Position numbers and translations under genes: made by a program. Shown piece after piece: positions 51,809-62,205 of a stretch of DNA of 64,000 nucleotides (within the stretch, counting starts at the first letter, position 1; every line of letters starts with the position of its first letter). The stretch covers positions 6,262,001-6,326,000 of the forward strand of contig OX337229.1 in the NCBI GenBank assembly GCA_946965045.2, written 5' to 3'. The DNA is from Epithemia pelagica (taxonomy: Eukaryota > Protista > Bacillariophyta). The notes under the pieces are model-generated. The model was not told the DNA's origin, did no database searches, and saw only the letters and a program-made list of their open reading frames with translations.

Positions 51809-52630
51809 CTGGCGACTGACGGGCCATTGAATGTCTTGCCCGCGTCCGCCATTATACCCATAGAAAAAGGAGAACCAACCTGCATCTAGGGGAGGTGCAT
51901 TAAACGCACACATTGAAATGAGATTGAATGCTGGGACGCCTGCTCCAAGCACGTGCTAACAGCAACAACACGGGGATAGAATTCACAATGTGTTGTACGG
52001 ATAGATAGTACGGGGGGATGTACTACGCATGTTTGTTAAAATACTATGTAACATGATGTGAGTCTATACTTGAGCAAATTGCACAATAGAATGCACTCGT
52101 CCTCATGTCTCCAAGTTCAAGGATCCAAATCCGGAAAAGTTTCGTCATTTGGAAGGACTGAAACGAAGACGATTGATTCACAATGACTTTCGTGCGATCA
52201 TTACAACCTATGGAATCTCGAAATAGAATGGAATCGCATTGACTTTCTCAGGGGCTGTGTCCACGTCGAGTGTTTTCGAGTTCTGCATGTGACAGGATTT
52301 CGAAAGAGGAGAAAGAGAAGGCTCGCCCCGCGCTTGTGTATCGAAGAAACAGTACAAAGCATCGGTCGCATCTTTCTTGTGCTCCGCACGTCGGGTGGTG
52401 CGAAGTACGAACACTATTTGCATATTGCTCGATGGGACCGAATAAATAATGTTGTGGTGGTTAAAAGATCGGCGGGCGGGCCGGGCCGTTGGTCACGCTA
52501 GCGTGCCTTCAGTCGCTTGGCGACGCAGTATTATTTCTCTCTGGAATGCGCCTTCATGGTTCATGGTGCTCACTTTTCTTGAGTAAAGTGAGTTGTGTGT
52601 ATCTCTCTATATAGAATCTTTTGTGTTTCC

Positions 52631-54043
52631 ATGTCTGCACCAGCAGAAGAGTTCATCATGACACGTTCCAGTCCAACAACCAAACGTAATAGGTTTTTCA
52701 CCAATTGCACCAAGCCTAGGCTGATGGCTTTCGTTTTTATTGCCTGGGTGTTCCTTCTTCAGATTGCAAATCTTTCTTTCTTTTCGGGCGCGATTGTCAC
52801 TTACAACAATCAATCTTCCTCCTTTGCCGCAAACCCGCCCACAAGGAAGGGGTCGTCCATTCTGGATGACGACAACAAGACTTTGAGTGCTCCTCCGCGT
52901 GCTTCTGCAAACGTGGTAAATGATACACCCATCGGGGAGAAAACACAGTCGTTGCCGCTTCCTTCTGCTGGCTTGCGCCTAGATTGGACGCAATTGGACC
53001 TGCACTCATCCATGGCCAAACGAATCGCCGCTCATCAAAGTTCTTGTGACCTACCCGAGGCAATATTTCCATGGCGCAACGTTGCTGGAATGGGCAGTGA
53101 TTTCACCCTGTGGTCGTATGCCATGTGCAAAGGCTTGCAGCTGGGTCAGCGCCTCATCTCTCCTCGACCGTGGATTCACTGGAGCCAACTCAGCTGTCCC
53201 AGCAACGACAGCTCGGCCATGACGTGCTACTTTCCACAATCTGAAGATTTCTGTCCCAGACCGGACGAGCAGCCTGTCGCCAAGAAGGACGACAACACAA
53301 GCCATCCTCCACGCTCTCAACTAAGAATTCAACCAGATGGAAGAGTTCGCGATGAATGCCGATCTACTTTACAGCAAGCAAACCTCACCATAAAAGATTT
53401 TGTCGGATCGGCCACGGAGTTTTTGTTTTCAAGTCTTTCTCCCAGAGTAGTCGACTCTGCCGTGGAGAGGCTCCCACTGGTCTTTCCACCTCATGGCATT
53501 GTGCCACCCAATTTGATCACCGTACACATTCGATGGGGAGACAAAGCAAGGGAAATGCATTTAGTGGACATTCATTCCTACATTGATGCCTGTCATCAGA
53601 TTCTACAACGACGCAGAGACCAAGTCACAGGGTCTCAGGGTACGAACAAGACCAACTTGGCGAACAGTGCAGCCATTTACACCAACAACAGCGGTAGCAG
53701 CCAGGACGAAGATCCGGTGCACATTTATTTGGCCACGGAAGATCCAACTGCAATTCAAGCCATGCGTGAGAACATGCCATCGCATTGGAACTTGTATGTT
53801 GATCCCTATGTCAACGAGTTTTCCCAATATCGTCAAACGAGCTTCAATGGGAATGCCAAAATGACCAAAGCTCACAGAGGAGCACCGGCATTGTCTGGAT
53901 TGGCATCACTCCTCATTGCCATGGAGGCCAACGACTTTGTTCTGACTACAAGAAGCAACTGGAGTCGACTCATGAATGACATTCGACGTTTCATTGTGCA
54001 ACACCACTTTGCAACCACCGTTATTGACTTGCGGCACAACTGA
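52631..54043 (+). CDS. GT23 (FUT8/NodZ-like) fucosyltransferase-fold type II membrane protein
   Basis: N-terminal anchor (LMAFVFIAWVFLLQIANLSFF); motifs AGMGSD, ITVHIRWGDK, IYLATEDP, EANDFVLTTRSNWSRL. Donor and acceptor specificity unknown. Confidence 0.8.
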   Translation: MSAPAEEFIMTRSSPTTKRNRFFTNCTKPRLMAFVFIAWVFLLQIANLSFFSGAIVTYNNQSSSFAANPPTRKGSSILDDDNKTLSAPPRASANVVNDTPIGEKTQSLPLPSAGLRLDWTQLDLHSSMAKRIAAHQSSCDLPEAIFPWRNVAGMGSDFTLWSYAMCKGLQLGQRLISPRPWIHWSQLSCPSNDSSAMTCYFPQSEDFCPRPDEQPVAKKDDNTSHPPRSQLRIQPDGRVRDECRSTLQQANLTIKDFVGSATEFLFSSLSPRVVDSAVERLPLVFPPHGIVPPNLITVHIRWGDKAREMHLVDIHSYIDACHQILQRRRDQVTGSQGTNKTNLANSAAIYTNNSGSSQDEDPVHIYLATEDPTAIQAMRENMPSHWNLYVDPYVNEFSQYRQTSFNGNAKMTKAHRGAPALSGLASLLIAMEANDFVLTTRSNWSRLMNDIRRFIVQHHFATTVIDLRHN

Positions 54044-54399
54044 GTCTCCTTCCATGCGTGCCAAATGAGAGAATCAACTCTCTGTAGTTGCACTCTTGCT
54101 CCAGGGGATCCGCCCTTTGTTGATTTTCTTCGTATTAGATGATGCCATAATCGGAAACAAGTGTAAAGTAGCTTTCCGTAAAGAATTTCCTTTTTTATGA
54201 ACATCTATTTTACGGTTGCTTCTAGTACAAGTTTCCTCTAGGTAGCTGCCGTTCGCAATGGTGATCAACAAAATGTCAATGGCAGTTCCATCGAAGGAGG
54301 AGTAAGTAGTGGAAACAGCCTCTCAGCCCTCCTCGAGAGCCAGGGCTTTTTGTTGAGACAACTTTTATCGATACGATTGCTCCATGTCGAGCTTTGGCC

Positions 54400-54565
54400 A
54401 GTCTGCAAAGAAGCACTGTACATGAAAGCTTTAGTGAACACATGTTGGACTGCCATGATGGTGACCAGGTGCTCTCATTCATCCATGTCGTATTGATTTC
54501 TGACGACGGAGAGAAGTATTCAATCGGGACAATAACGTCGTGGATATGAGTTCCCGAAGCATCTA
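54400..54565 (+). pseudogene. Degenerate duplicate of the giant gene segment at about 49320-49475
   Basis: TACATGAAAGCTTTAGTGAACA vs TACATGAAAGTTTTAGTGAGCA; shared GTCGTGGATATGAGTTCCCGAAG; translation HESFSEH...LSFI; frameshifted. Confidence 0.8.
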
Positions 54566-55347
54566 TTGTTGTCGCCTCAGACCGACAGTGGGTCCAAATG
54601 TGGAACCAGTGAGAAAATATTGATTCACAATGACTTTCGTGCGGTCATTGCCTTGGCCGTGATGGAGTGGATCCACTTGAATGGCGAGAAAAGCACGGGT
54701 CGAGAAAAAGACACGTTCATGAAGATTTCCTCTTTGTTGGATGTCGATTATGAAGTGGCGTCCATGAGATTTGATCGCGCGCTATGAAAAACGCGTCGAT
54801 CCGCAATTCAAGCCCAGCGTTGACGCACGATGACGTTCCTTCTCCAGTGCATTTCTGGGGCGTGGACCACAGCCTTTCTTCTGGCGTTCTCCATTGGACA
54901 CCATATGGCGTCCCTGAGGGAAGACCTTGTTGGGACACCCGATTCCCAACAAGAAACAACAGCCACGACAGACAGTATCTAGGATTGGACGAAGTCACCC
55001 GACTACTAAGTTCTGAAGGTTATAGTCTCCACGGAATCTCGAAGCTGACTGGAATCGTATCGGATTCTCTCGTCGTGCTGCTGTGTCGTTGACAACTGAC
55101 TGTAAAGGAAGACTCGTGCCGCGCTTTTCGGGGTCAAAGTCTGAGCGGATGGCAGGAGTATAGCTGGGGTAGCAAGCTTATACTCGGCAACAAGACTCAT
55201 CAATCACGAATGATGAGCGACGTAGATGTGAACGAATGGATGGAATGACTCATCCAAAAGATATTGAAGAAAAGATCCAAGTGAATTTAGTGAGAATTTA
55301 GGACTCTAACATAATAGTGATTATCAGAATAAGTATCCTTTTACGGA

Positions 55348-56427
55348 TTGCTCAATGGGAAAGAGACCGCCGTTCTTTTCCACTACTCGCACACGACGAC
55401 GACCGTTGTGTTCCCAAGAAGGAAGAGTCTGGGAATCTTGTCGTCGTCCCTTGCACAACAACAACAACCGGATAAAGAATCAGGGGCACTGAAAAAAGAG
55501 CTCGATGCTGCGAAAGCGCTCCTCAGTGTCGACGAGTATTCCTTGCTGGAAAAATTGATTCGAAATCCAGACGCCGACATTGCCAATGTTATCGGCCAAT
55601 GTTATCGGCGTCTGGATTTTGAATCAATTTTTCCAGCAAGGAATACTCGATAGTCGTAGCATCGACAATGAGGGCAGCAGCAGCTGCAGCAGTGCCAGTG
55701 ACGTAAATGTTCACAGCAGAGCAAACGTCGACCAACCCTTGAGTTACCAAGATTTTCTAGCCTATGCGTTGAATGCTCTGGTGGACGACAAAAAGTGGAT
55801 GAATCTGGATTCCGTTATTGTTGACAGGAGACGTTTATTTGTAGCAAAGGATTATGGCTCAGCAGAGAAACTCTTGGTGGCGGCAACCGATACGACCGTC
55901 GAAGGAGAAAGAATAATAGTGGCTTTTGAGAGCAATGAAAACAAACTAGACTTTTGCTTCTATCGAGACAAAGACGACTACACCAGGTACACCGCCGACA
56001 AGGCACTGGGCCGAATCAAGGGAAACAGGGACGAATTCAAGTAATTTTGCGAGTCGCAGCTCCTACTTATCCAAGATAGCGATAAGAATGGCGTTCTCCC
56101 ACAAGAAGGACCTACGTTCAAGTCCATGGCGTCAATGAATTTGACAATCTAGACAGCGACATTCAAAAAGACAAATCGTATGCGTTGGTGGTGGCGGGAG
56201 AAAGCGGCAGTGGTAAATCAGTATTTTCTTGCCTTGAATCAATGGAGCGTGGTTTTATCCCTATATACATGTGGCTACGCTTGCGGAAAAACAAAAGGGA
56301 GAACGAGGGAGAGGACAAGAAAGGGGACGAAGAAAGCAAGATGGAGGAGACAGGAGAAGAAAAGAACCAGATGGGGCACGATGCTTCCGAGGTCTACACC
56401 AGGAAACCAGAAAGCGAGACGATGTGA
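55348..56427 (+). pseudogene. Disrupted P-loop NTPase gene fragment within a roughly 1.3-kb insertion (55127-56423)
   Basis: Broken ORFs 55348-55653, 55580-56044 and 56185-56427; the last has Walker A after a hydrophobic strand (LVVAGESGSGKS). Confidence 0.55.
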
Positions 56428-56718
56428 ATCGAAGGAACAGTAAAAAATGCGTTGGTCGCATTTCGTGTGCACCGCAGCCACGTCGCGCGGTGCTAAGTGC
56501 CATGAATGTACCTGCTGCTCACTATTTGCACATATTGTTCGAGGAGACCGAATAAATGTGGTGGCGGAAAGATTAGCGGGCGGGCCGGTGGGCACGCCAG
56601 TGTGCCTAGTGAGCCGCTTGGCGACGCAGTATATTTAGCGATAACTTTATGCGCTCACTTTCTTGCTGTATGCTCATCTCGGAACTACACCGTTAGTCGA
56701 ATCATCTTTTGTGTTCCC

Positions 56719-58122
56719 ATGTCTGTTCCAGCAGAAGAGTTCATCATGACACGTTCCAGTCCAACAACCAAACGCAATGGGGTTCCCACCATTTGCACCA
56801 AGGCTAGGCTGATGGCTTTCGTTTTTATTGCGGGGGCGTTCTTTCTTCAGATTGCAAATCTTTCTCTTTTTATGCGGGCCTCCTTCTTTTCCGGCGAGAT
56901 TGCCACTTTCAATCAATCTTCCTCCTTGGCCACAAATCCCCTAGATGACGACAATAAGACTTTGAGTGCACCTGCTCGTGCTTCTTCAATCGTCGCGAAT
57001 GATACAACGCCCATTATTGATGGGGAGGAGGAAACAAATTTGTTGCCGGTTCCTTCTGCCGGTTTGCGCCTGGATTGGACACACTTGGACCTGCACTCTC
57101 CCATGGCGCAACGAATCGCTGCTCATCAACGTTCGTGTGACCTCCCCGAGGCGATCTTTCCCTGGCGAAACAATGCGGGAATGGGCAGTGATTTAACCCT
57201 CTGGTCCTATGGCATGTGACAAGGCCTGCAACTCGGTCAGCGTCTCTTTTCGCGTCGACCATGGATTCATTGGAGCCAACTCACGTGTTCCCCCAACGAT
57301 ACGTCGTCCATGACGTGCTACTTTCCGCAATCGGAGGATTTGTGTCCTCCCACATCGGACGAGCCCGCCAACGCCAAGAAGGACAATACAAGCCATCATC
57401 CTCCAAGCTCTGAACTTAGGATTGATCAGATGGATAGAGGTGTTCGCGATGAATGCCAATCTACTCTACAACAGGCCAACCTCAGCTTGTCCGAGTTTGT
57501 CGGATCGGCCACCGAGTTTTGTTTTCCAGTCTTTCTCCCAGAATAGTCGACTCGGCCGTGGAGAGGCTCCCACTGGTCTTTCCACCTCATGGCATCACTG
57601 TTCACATTCGGTGGGGAGACAAGGGACTGGAGATGGAGTTGGTGGATATTCACTCCTACATTGATGCCTGTCATCAGATTCTACAACAACGAAGAGACCG
57701 AGTCTCGGCGTCTCTGGGGGACACAACAAACCAGACCAACTTGGCGAACAGCGCACCCCTAGTCACAACCAACAGTGGCAGTAGCCAGGACGAAGACCCA
57801 GTGCACATTTATTTGGCCACGGAAGATCCAACTGCCGTTCAAGCCATGCGTGAGAACATGCCATCGCATTGGAACTTGTATGTGGATCCCTACGTCACAG
57901 AGGTTTCCCAATATGGTCTCACAGGGTTCAATAGAAATGTCCGATTGGTCAAGGCTCACAGGGGATCGCCTGCCGTGTTTGCACTGGCCTCCCTTCTCAT
58001 TGGAGGCCAACGACTTTGTTCTGACGACCGCCAGCAACTGGAGTCGACTCATGAATGATCTTCGACGATTCATTGTAGAGCAGCACTACTCAACCACTGT
58101 GATTGATTTGCGGAAAGCATGA
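56719..58122 (+). pseudogene. Second, disrupted copy of the GT23-like fucosyltransferase
   Basis: Collinear with 52631-54043; TGA at 57217-57219, a 1-bp deletion near 57520 and a 5-bp deletion near 58000. Confidence 0.88.
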
Positions 58123-59203
58123 ATCCATTGAACCGTTGTGGGACAGTGTGCGTGAAAGGACTTTGTGAAGGTGTGTCAAAACAACACTAGTAACGGCAAA
58201 CTATCAGTGGAATAACGGCAGCGGGAAGTGTCGTCGTTGGCCTGGTCGATGAGAAGAGAATGATAAACGAATCACAAGCTTTACCGGCAACGACGGAATG
58301 GCAATACCAATATCCTTCCGTCCATGATGATGGTACACGTGTGTTGTTGTGGAAAATGGACGGACAACACCCACCAGAATACAAAAACGAACAAGAACAA
58401 ATTCCATCGGACGACCAGTCATTTGGAAATCCAGACGTTGCAATGGAAAAGCCGTCTGGTTGAAAGTATGGACACACTCAAGCAAGCCATACTTCGACAC
58501 GAGGTGGTGGTTGGGGATGTCGCAGCACTGCCATGGTCGTTTTCGCCTTCCTCCGTGATAGTGCCATGGGAAAGTGGCTACTTTACGCACTGTGATTGTT
58601 CTTGTTGATGATCCCCATGGACCGATAACTATGGACTGTCAACGAGCCACTACTGAGAGACTGATTGCTGTATCGATGCAAGCAAATTGCCGACCTCATG
58701 ATAAAGTATAGTTGCTGTATTGGAGAAAATATCGAACACGACGGTGTCACAAATTCCAAAGGATTTGCAAATGCCCTGTCACCCGAAACCACAAGCGTCG
58801 AGAGACGGCGTACTGTCCTCTCACACAGACATGGGCCATAAAGGGACCGGACCCCACAATTCGTCACATGGTCGGAACGAAGACGACCGTCCAAACGAGT
58901 CGCTGCGCTTAGTGTTGCAGGCACGCAACCATATAATCTTCCACAGCAAGATAACTTGACTCATTGACCAGCAGCGAGGCATGGTACCATGGGCATCTAT
59001 ACCCAAGGCCTGGCTCCACTCCTGTTTGCGGTGTCATGCCGGATAGTGTAACTTTCGTTTTCTACTAGGTAGTACAACGGTGTACATGCTATCTCTATAG
59101 GTCGCAATGCCATCAAGAAAACAATCCAACTACTGTTTGAGAGTAAAATGATACTGCTATAGTTCCACTATTACTAGGACATACATGCAATACGTTGCAA
59201 ATT

Positions 59204-60418
59204 TCAAGTTCCATCCTTCCCTTCATCACCACGGTGCGCATTGGACCTTGCGCGTTTACGAGCTGATGTCAAGGTGGAGAAGGGTGAAATATGATCATGT
59301 CGGATATCCATTCCTTCCCGAAAAAGACACCATCTGTTGGGCTGCTGTTCACAGAGTCGTCGAAAACACCACGAATTCTTGTCCAGAAGTGGCAATGTCG
59401 CACAGGTAGGATTGATCAATCCTCCAATCGCGGCAATTTGATTGGCAACAGTAACCATACTGAAGCGTTCAAGGCGAGATCCGAATGGTGGGAGATTCCA
59501 CATGCGGTTGTGATGCGTATCCAAGACCTCCACGGATAATTCGTATCCTCCCGTCACCACCAGACAGGATCCCACGGAAACCACTGCACAAGAGGCACGA
59601 TGGTCGGAAAGTACCAAATCAGAGTGAATGGTCCAAGCGGACGAGAAGGAAATGGCTGTAGCCAAAGTTTCGACCATTGAATCGTCCAAATACTCCACCG
59701 AATCAAGTACATTGTCATCGTTTCGGCCTCCAACAACAAAGATGCGGTGACCAACGACCGCACTGGCACACCATGCTCGTGGAACAGTCATGGATGGTCC
59801 GGAAATGAGAGTGTGATTGCTGGTATCAACAATATTTACTGACGACAAACAGCGATAATTGTAGCCACCTATCACAACAATGAATCGGTTGTGCACCGCA
59901 ACAGCACCAAATCCACATCGTGGCGTTGATAATCGACATGTCAATGTCGTCCAATGACGTTCATGTGTGGTGCTGGTTGTCAAAGATGATTGCAGCAAAT
60001 CATTGGAATGAATTCTTTCGATGCAATTCAAAATTCTTTCATTGTTGTATCCTCCCATGACGTAGACGCCGCCATTGCACACAACAGCGGCAAGTTCGTC
60101 ACGTTTCTTGTTCATGGGCGGTCCTTCTCGCCATTGTTTGTCTGGGTCTGTCAGATTCAATAACAGAACGGAATTGGTGGCACCTTGGGCATGTTGAAAT
60201 CCGCCCATCACGACGACGGTTTGTTCCTTGTTGTGATTGTCGTCTTTATCGGGATGATCCAGTACGACCGAACTATGACGAAGACGCCATCCACCCTCAA
60301 GAGGAGGCCAGTCTCTTTCATTCCATTCTACTGCGTCATCTACAAGGACAAGGCCCGACTGCCATGCTTGCTTTTGCAGAGTCGTTGTCATGGTCACGGC
60401 GCTTTCCAATGTCGACAA
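59204..60418 (-). CDS. Kelch-repeat beta-propeller protein (404 aa)
   Basis: Repeated GG kelch blades: VVVMGG, VYVMGGY, IVVIGGY, IFVVGG, LVVTGG, IAAIGG, with W..GPPM / GPSM..PR linkers. Confidence 0.9.
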   Translation of the reverse strand: MSTLESAVTMTTTLQKQAWQSGLVLVDDAVEWNERDWPPLEGGWRLRHSSVVLDHPDKDDNHNKEQTVVVMGGFQHAQGATNSVLLLNLTDPDKQWREGPPMNKKRDELAAVVCNGGVYVMGGYNNERILNCIERIHSNDLLQSSLTTSTTHERHWTTLTCRLSTPRCGFGAVAVHNRFIVVIGGYNYRCLSSVNIVDTSNHTLISGPSMTVPRAWCASAVVGHRIFVVGGRNDDNVLDSVEYLDDSMVETLATAISFSSAWTIHSDLVLSDHRASCAVVSVGSCLVVTGGYELSVEVLDTHHNRMWNLPPFGSRLERFSMVTVANQIAAIGGLINPTCATLPLLDKNSWCFRRLCEQQPNRWCLFREGMDIRHDHISPFSTLTSARKRARSNAHRGDEGKDGT

Positions 60419-60648
60419 GAAATGGCAGCAAGAGAGGGTTCCGTATTATTTGTAACAGAGCAACGCGTGGAAGCGTGGAGACAGAAGGGGTGGGCCTGTC
60501 CTGCGTACGAAATGGTGAAGGGCAATCAATCGCACATAGATTACCCCCTACCCCTCTCGCTCCAAAATTGCGGGGCGATCCTCGCGGTCGCACCCCGAAT
60601 ACCAAGCCCTAAGTATTTTCCCCTTTTTTGGCATGTTTTAGTGGGTCT

Positions 60649-60747
60649 CTACTGTAAGTCATAAACTCAAAAAAGCATAAATCCTACATTTACGTTCGGA
60701 AAACACATTTTTAGTATAAGACGATGACTGCTACTGTAAGTCATAAA
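60649..60747 (+). repeat. 17-bp direct repeat CTACTGTAAGTCATAAA x2, candidate subterminal repeats of the Harbinger element
   Basis: Copies at about 60649 and 60731, upstream of the transposase. Confidence 0.7.
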
Positions 60748-60930
60748 ACCTAACCAGTGTCATTCTTTGGACAACCCAACGCACGTTATAGGATATACAC
60801 AACCATATATATGCATTGGCATGTCGCGCCATTTTTCCCCCACGAGACTCCCTCCACCTCGACACGCCTTTCGGCCTCATCGTCATCCTCTTTTCGACTA
60901 ACCTGTAGTAATATTTGTTGTTGTAATACC

Positions 60931-61704
60931 ATGGATGAAGACGATGCATTGATCCTTCTCCTCCTGGAGGAGGAGAAGAAGAAGAAGAAGCTTCGTCTTG
61001 AGGAAGCACAGCGTGTTCGTAATCGTTCGGGAGGGATTCGTCGCGCTGCTCTCCAACATCCAAAATACTCTTCCTTCATGAGACTTTACAATAGTGGCGA
61101 TGACCCCTCGTTGATAGCTTTGTGTGGCTTTGATCATGAGTCATTTGAGAGTCTGCTAAAGCTGTTCACGCCACTGTTTAACAGTTGGAGTCCCTATCCA
61201 CAGAAAGCGAACAAAAAGTTTCACATGAGACGCGTTCGACAAACTGGGAGAACAGGACGGAAACGGCAAATAGACGCAACGATATGTCTAGGATTAGTGC
61301 TCGCCTGGACGCGTACTCGTGGTTCAACGATCCCCTTGCAGGTCATCTTTGGGATGACTGCGAACCCAGTTTCTGTTTGGTTGCGCTTTGGGCGTCGTCT
61401 TCTGGTCAAAGTCCTCCAGAACCATCCGGACGCCGAGGTGAGAATGCCAACGCGAAGCGAAATAGCGAGCTTCAAGGCGGTTATTAGGGAGAAATACCCT
61501 GTGCTCAAGAATGTGTGGGGAGCGATGGACGGACTCAAAGTCCTCATCGAAGCTAACCCTGATCTTGAAAACATCTTCTATAATGGATGGAAATGCGATC
61601 ACTATATTTCAAACCTTTTTGTTTTTTCACCAGATGGAAGGATCCGGGCGTGTTACATCAACGCGCCTGGATCCTGGCACGATTCTACGTTGGCCCACAT
61701 CTAA
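60931..61704 (+). pseudogene. PIF/Harbinger (DDE_Tnp_4-like) transposase, 3'-truncated
   Basis: LCGFDHESFESLL, HTH-like LQVIFGMT..VSVWLRFG, VWGAMDGLK, FYNGWKCDHY..N.FVFSPDG.I, PGSWHDS; the ORF stops before the third catalytic residue. Confidence 0.85.
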
Positions 61705-61793
61705 GGAAGGAACGGTACGCCAGTTTATGGCGGTTTAATTATCGATAAGAAAGCACCCCTAAGCGCATCCTACTAGAATCATCCGCGCGCAGG

Positions 61794-61998
61794 ACACGCG
61801 CACACCTACAAGAACACGCGCACACCTACAAGAACATGCGCATGGCCCTTCCTCACGTTATTACTAAAAATGTGCTTTCCAGAACCAGCAAGCGCATGAC
61901 CCACATTTCACCAACTTCAACACCATGCACAGTCAAGAACCAATAGTCATCACATCCCTCCACCTTCATGCACAGTCAAGAACCAACAGTCATCACAT
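61794..61998 (+). repeat. Short tandem duplications (20-bp x2 and 32-bp x2 at a 43-bp spacing)
   Basis: ACACGCGCACACCTACAAGA at 61794 and 61814; CATGCACAGTCAAGAACCAA(T/C)AGTCATCACAT at 61924 and 61967. Confidence 0.85.
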
Positions 61999-62205
61999 AC
62001 CCTCCTATGTATGCACTCATCCTTGATTGTGTCACATCACCATCATGCGCATTACTCCAGCATCAAGTGCAAGCAAGTTGAACACAGTGCATTTAACTAA
62101 CACCATGCACACACTCCCACTAACAACCAGCGAATGAATGGAACACAATACATGTAGCTATATAGGAGTAGTATATGAAATGAAACCAATTGTCACTCTG
62201 ATCAA

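Noticed and set aside
58187-59006. Fragmentary ORFs between transferase copy 2 and the kelch gene
   Set aside because: Short, interrupted by stops and without identifiable motifs.
59204-60418. Kelch protein as a partner of the giant putative actin binder
   Set aside because: Kelch genes are common and only proximity links them.
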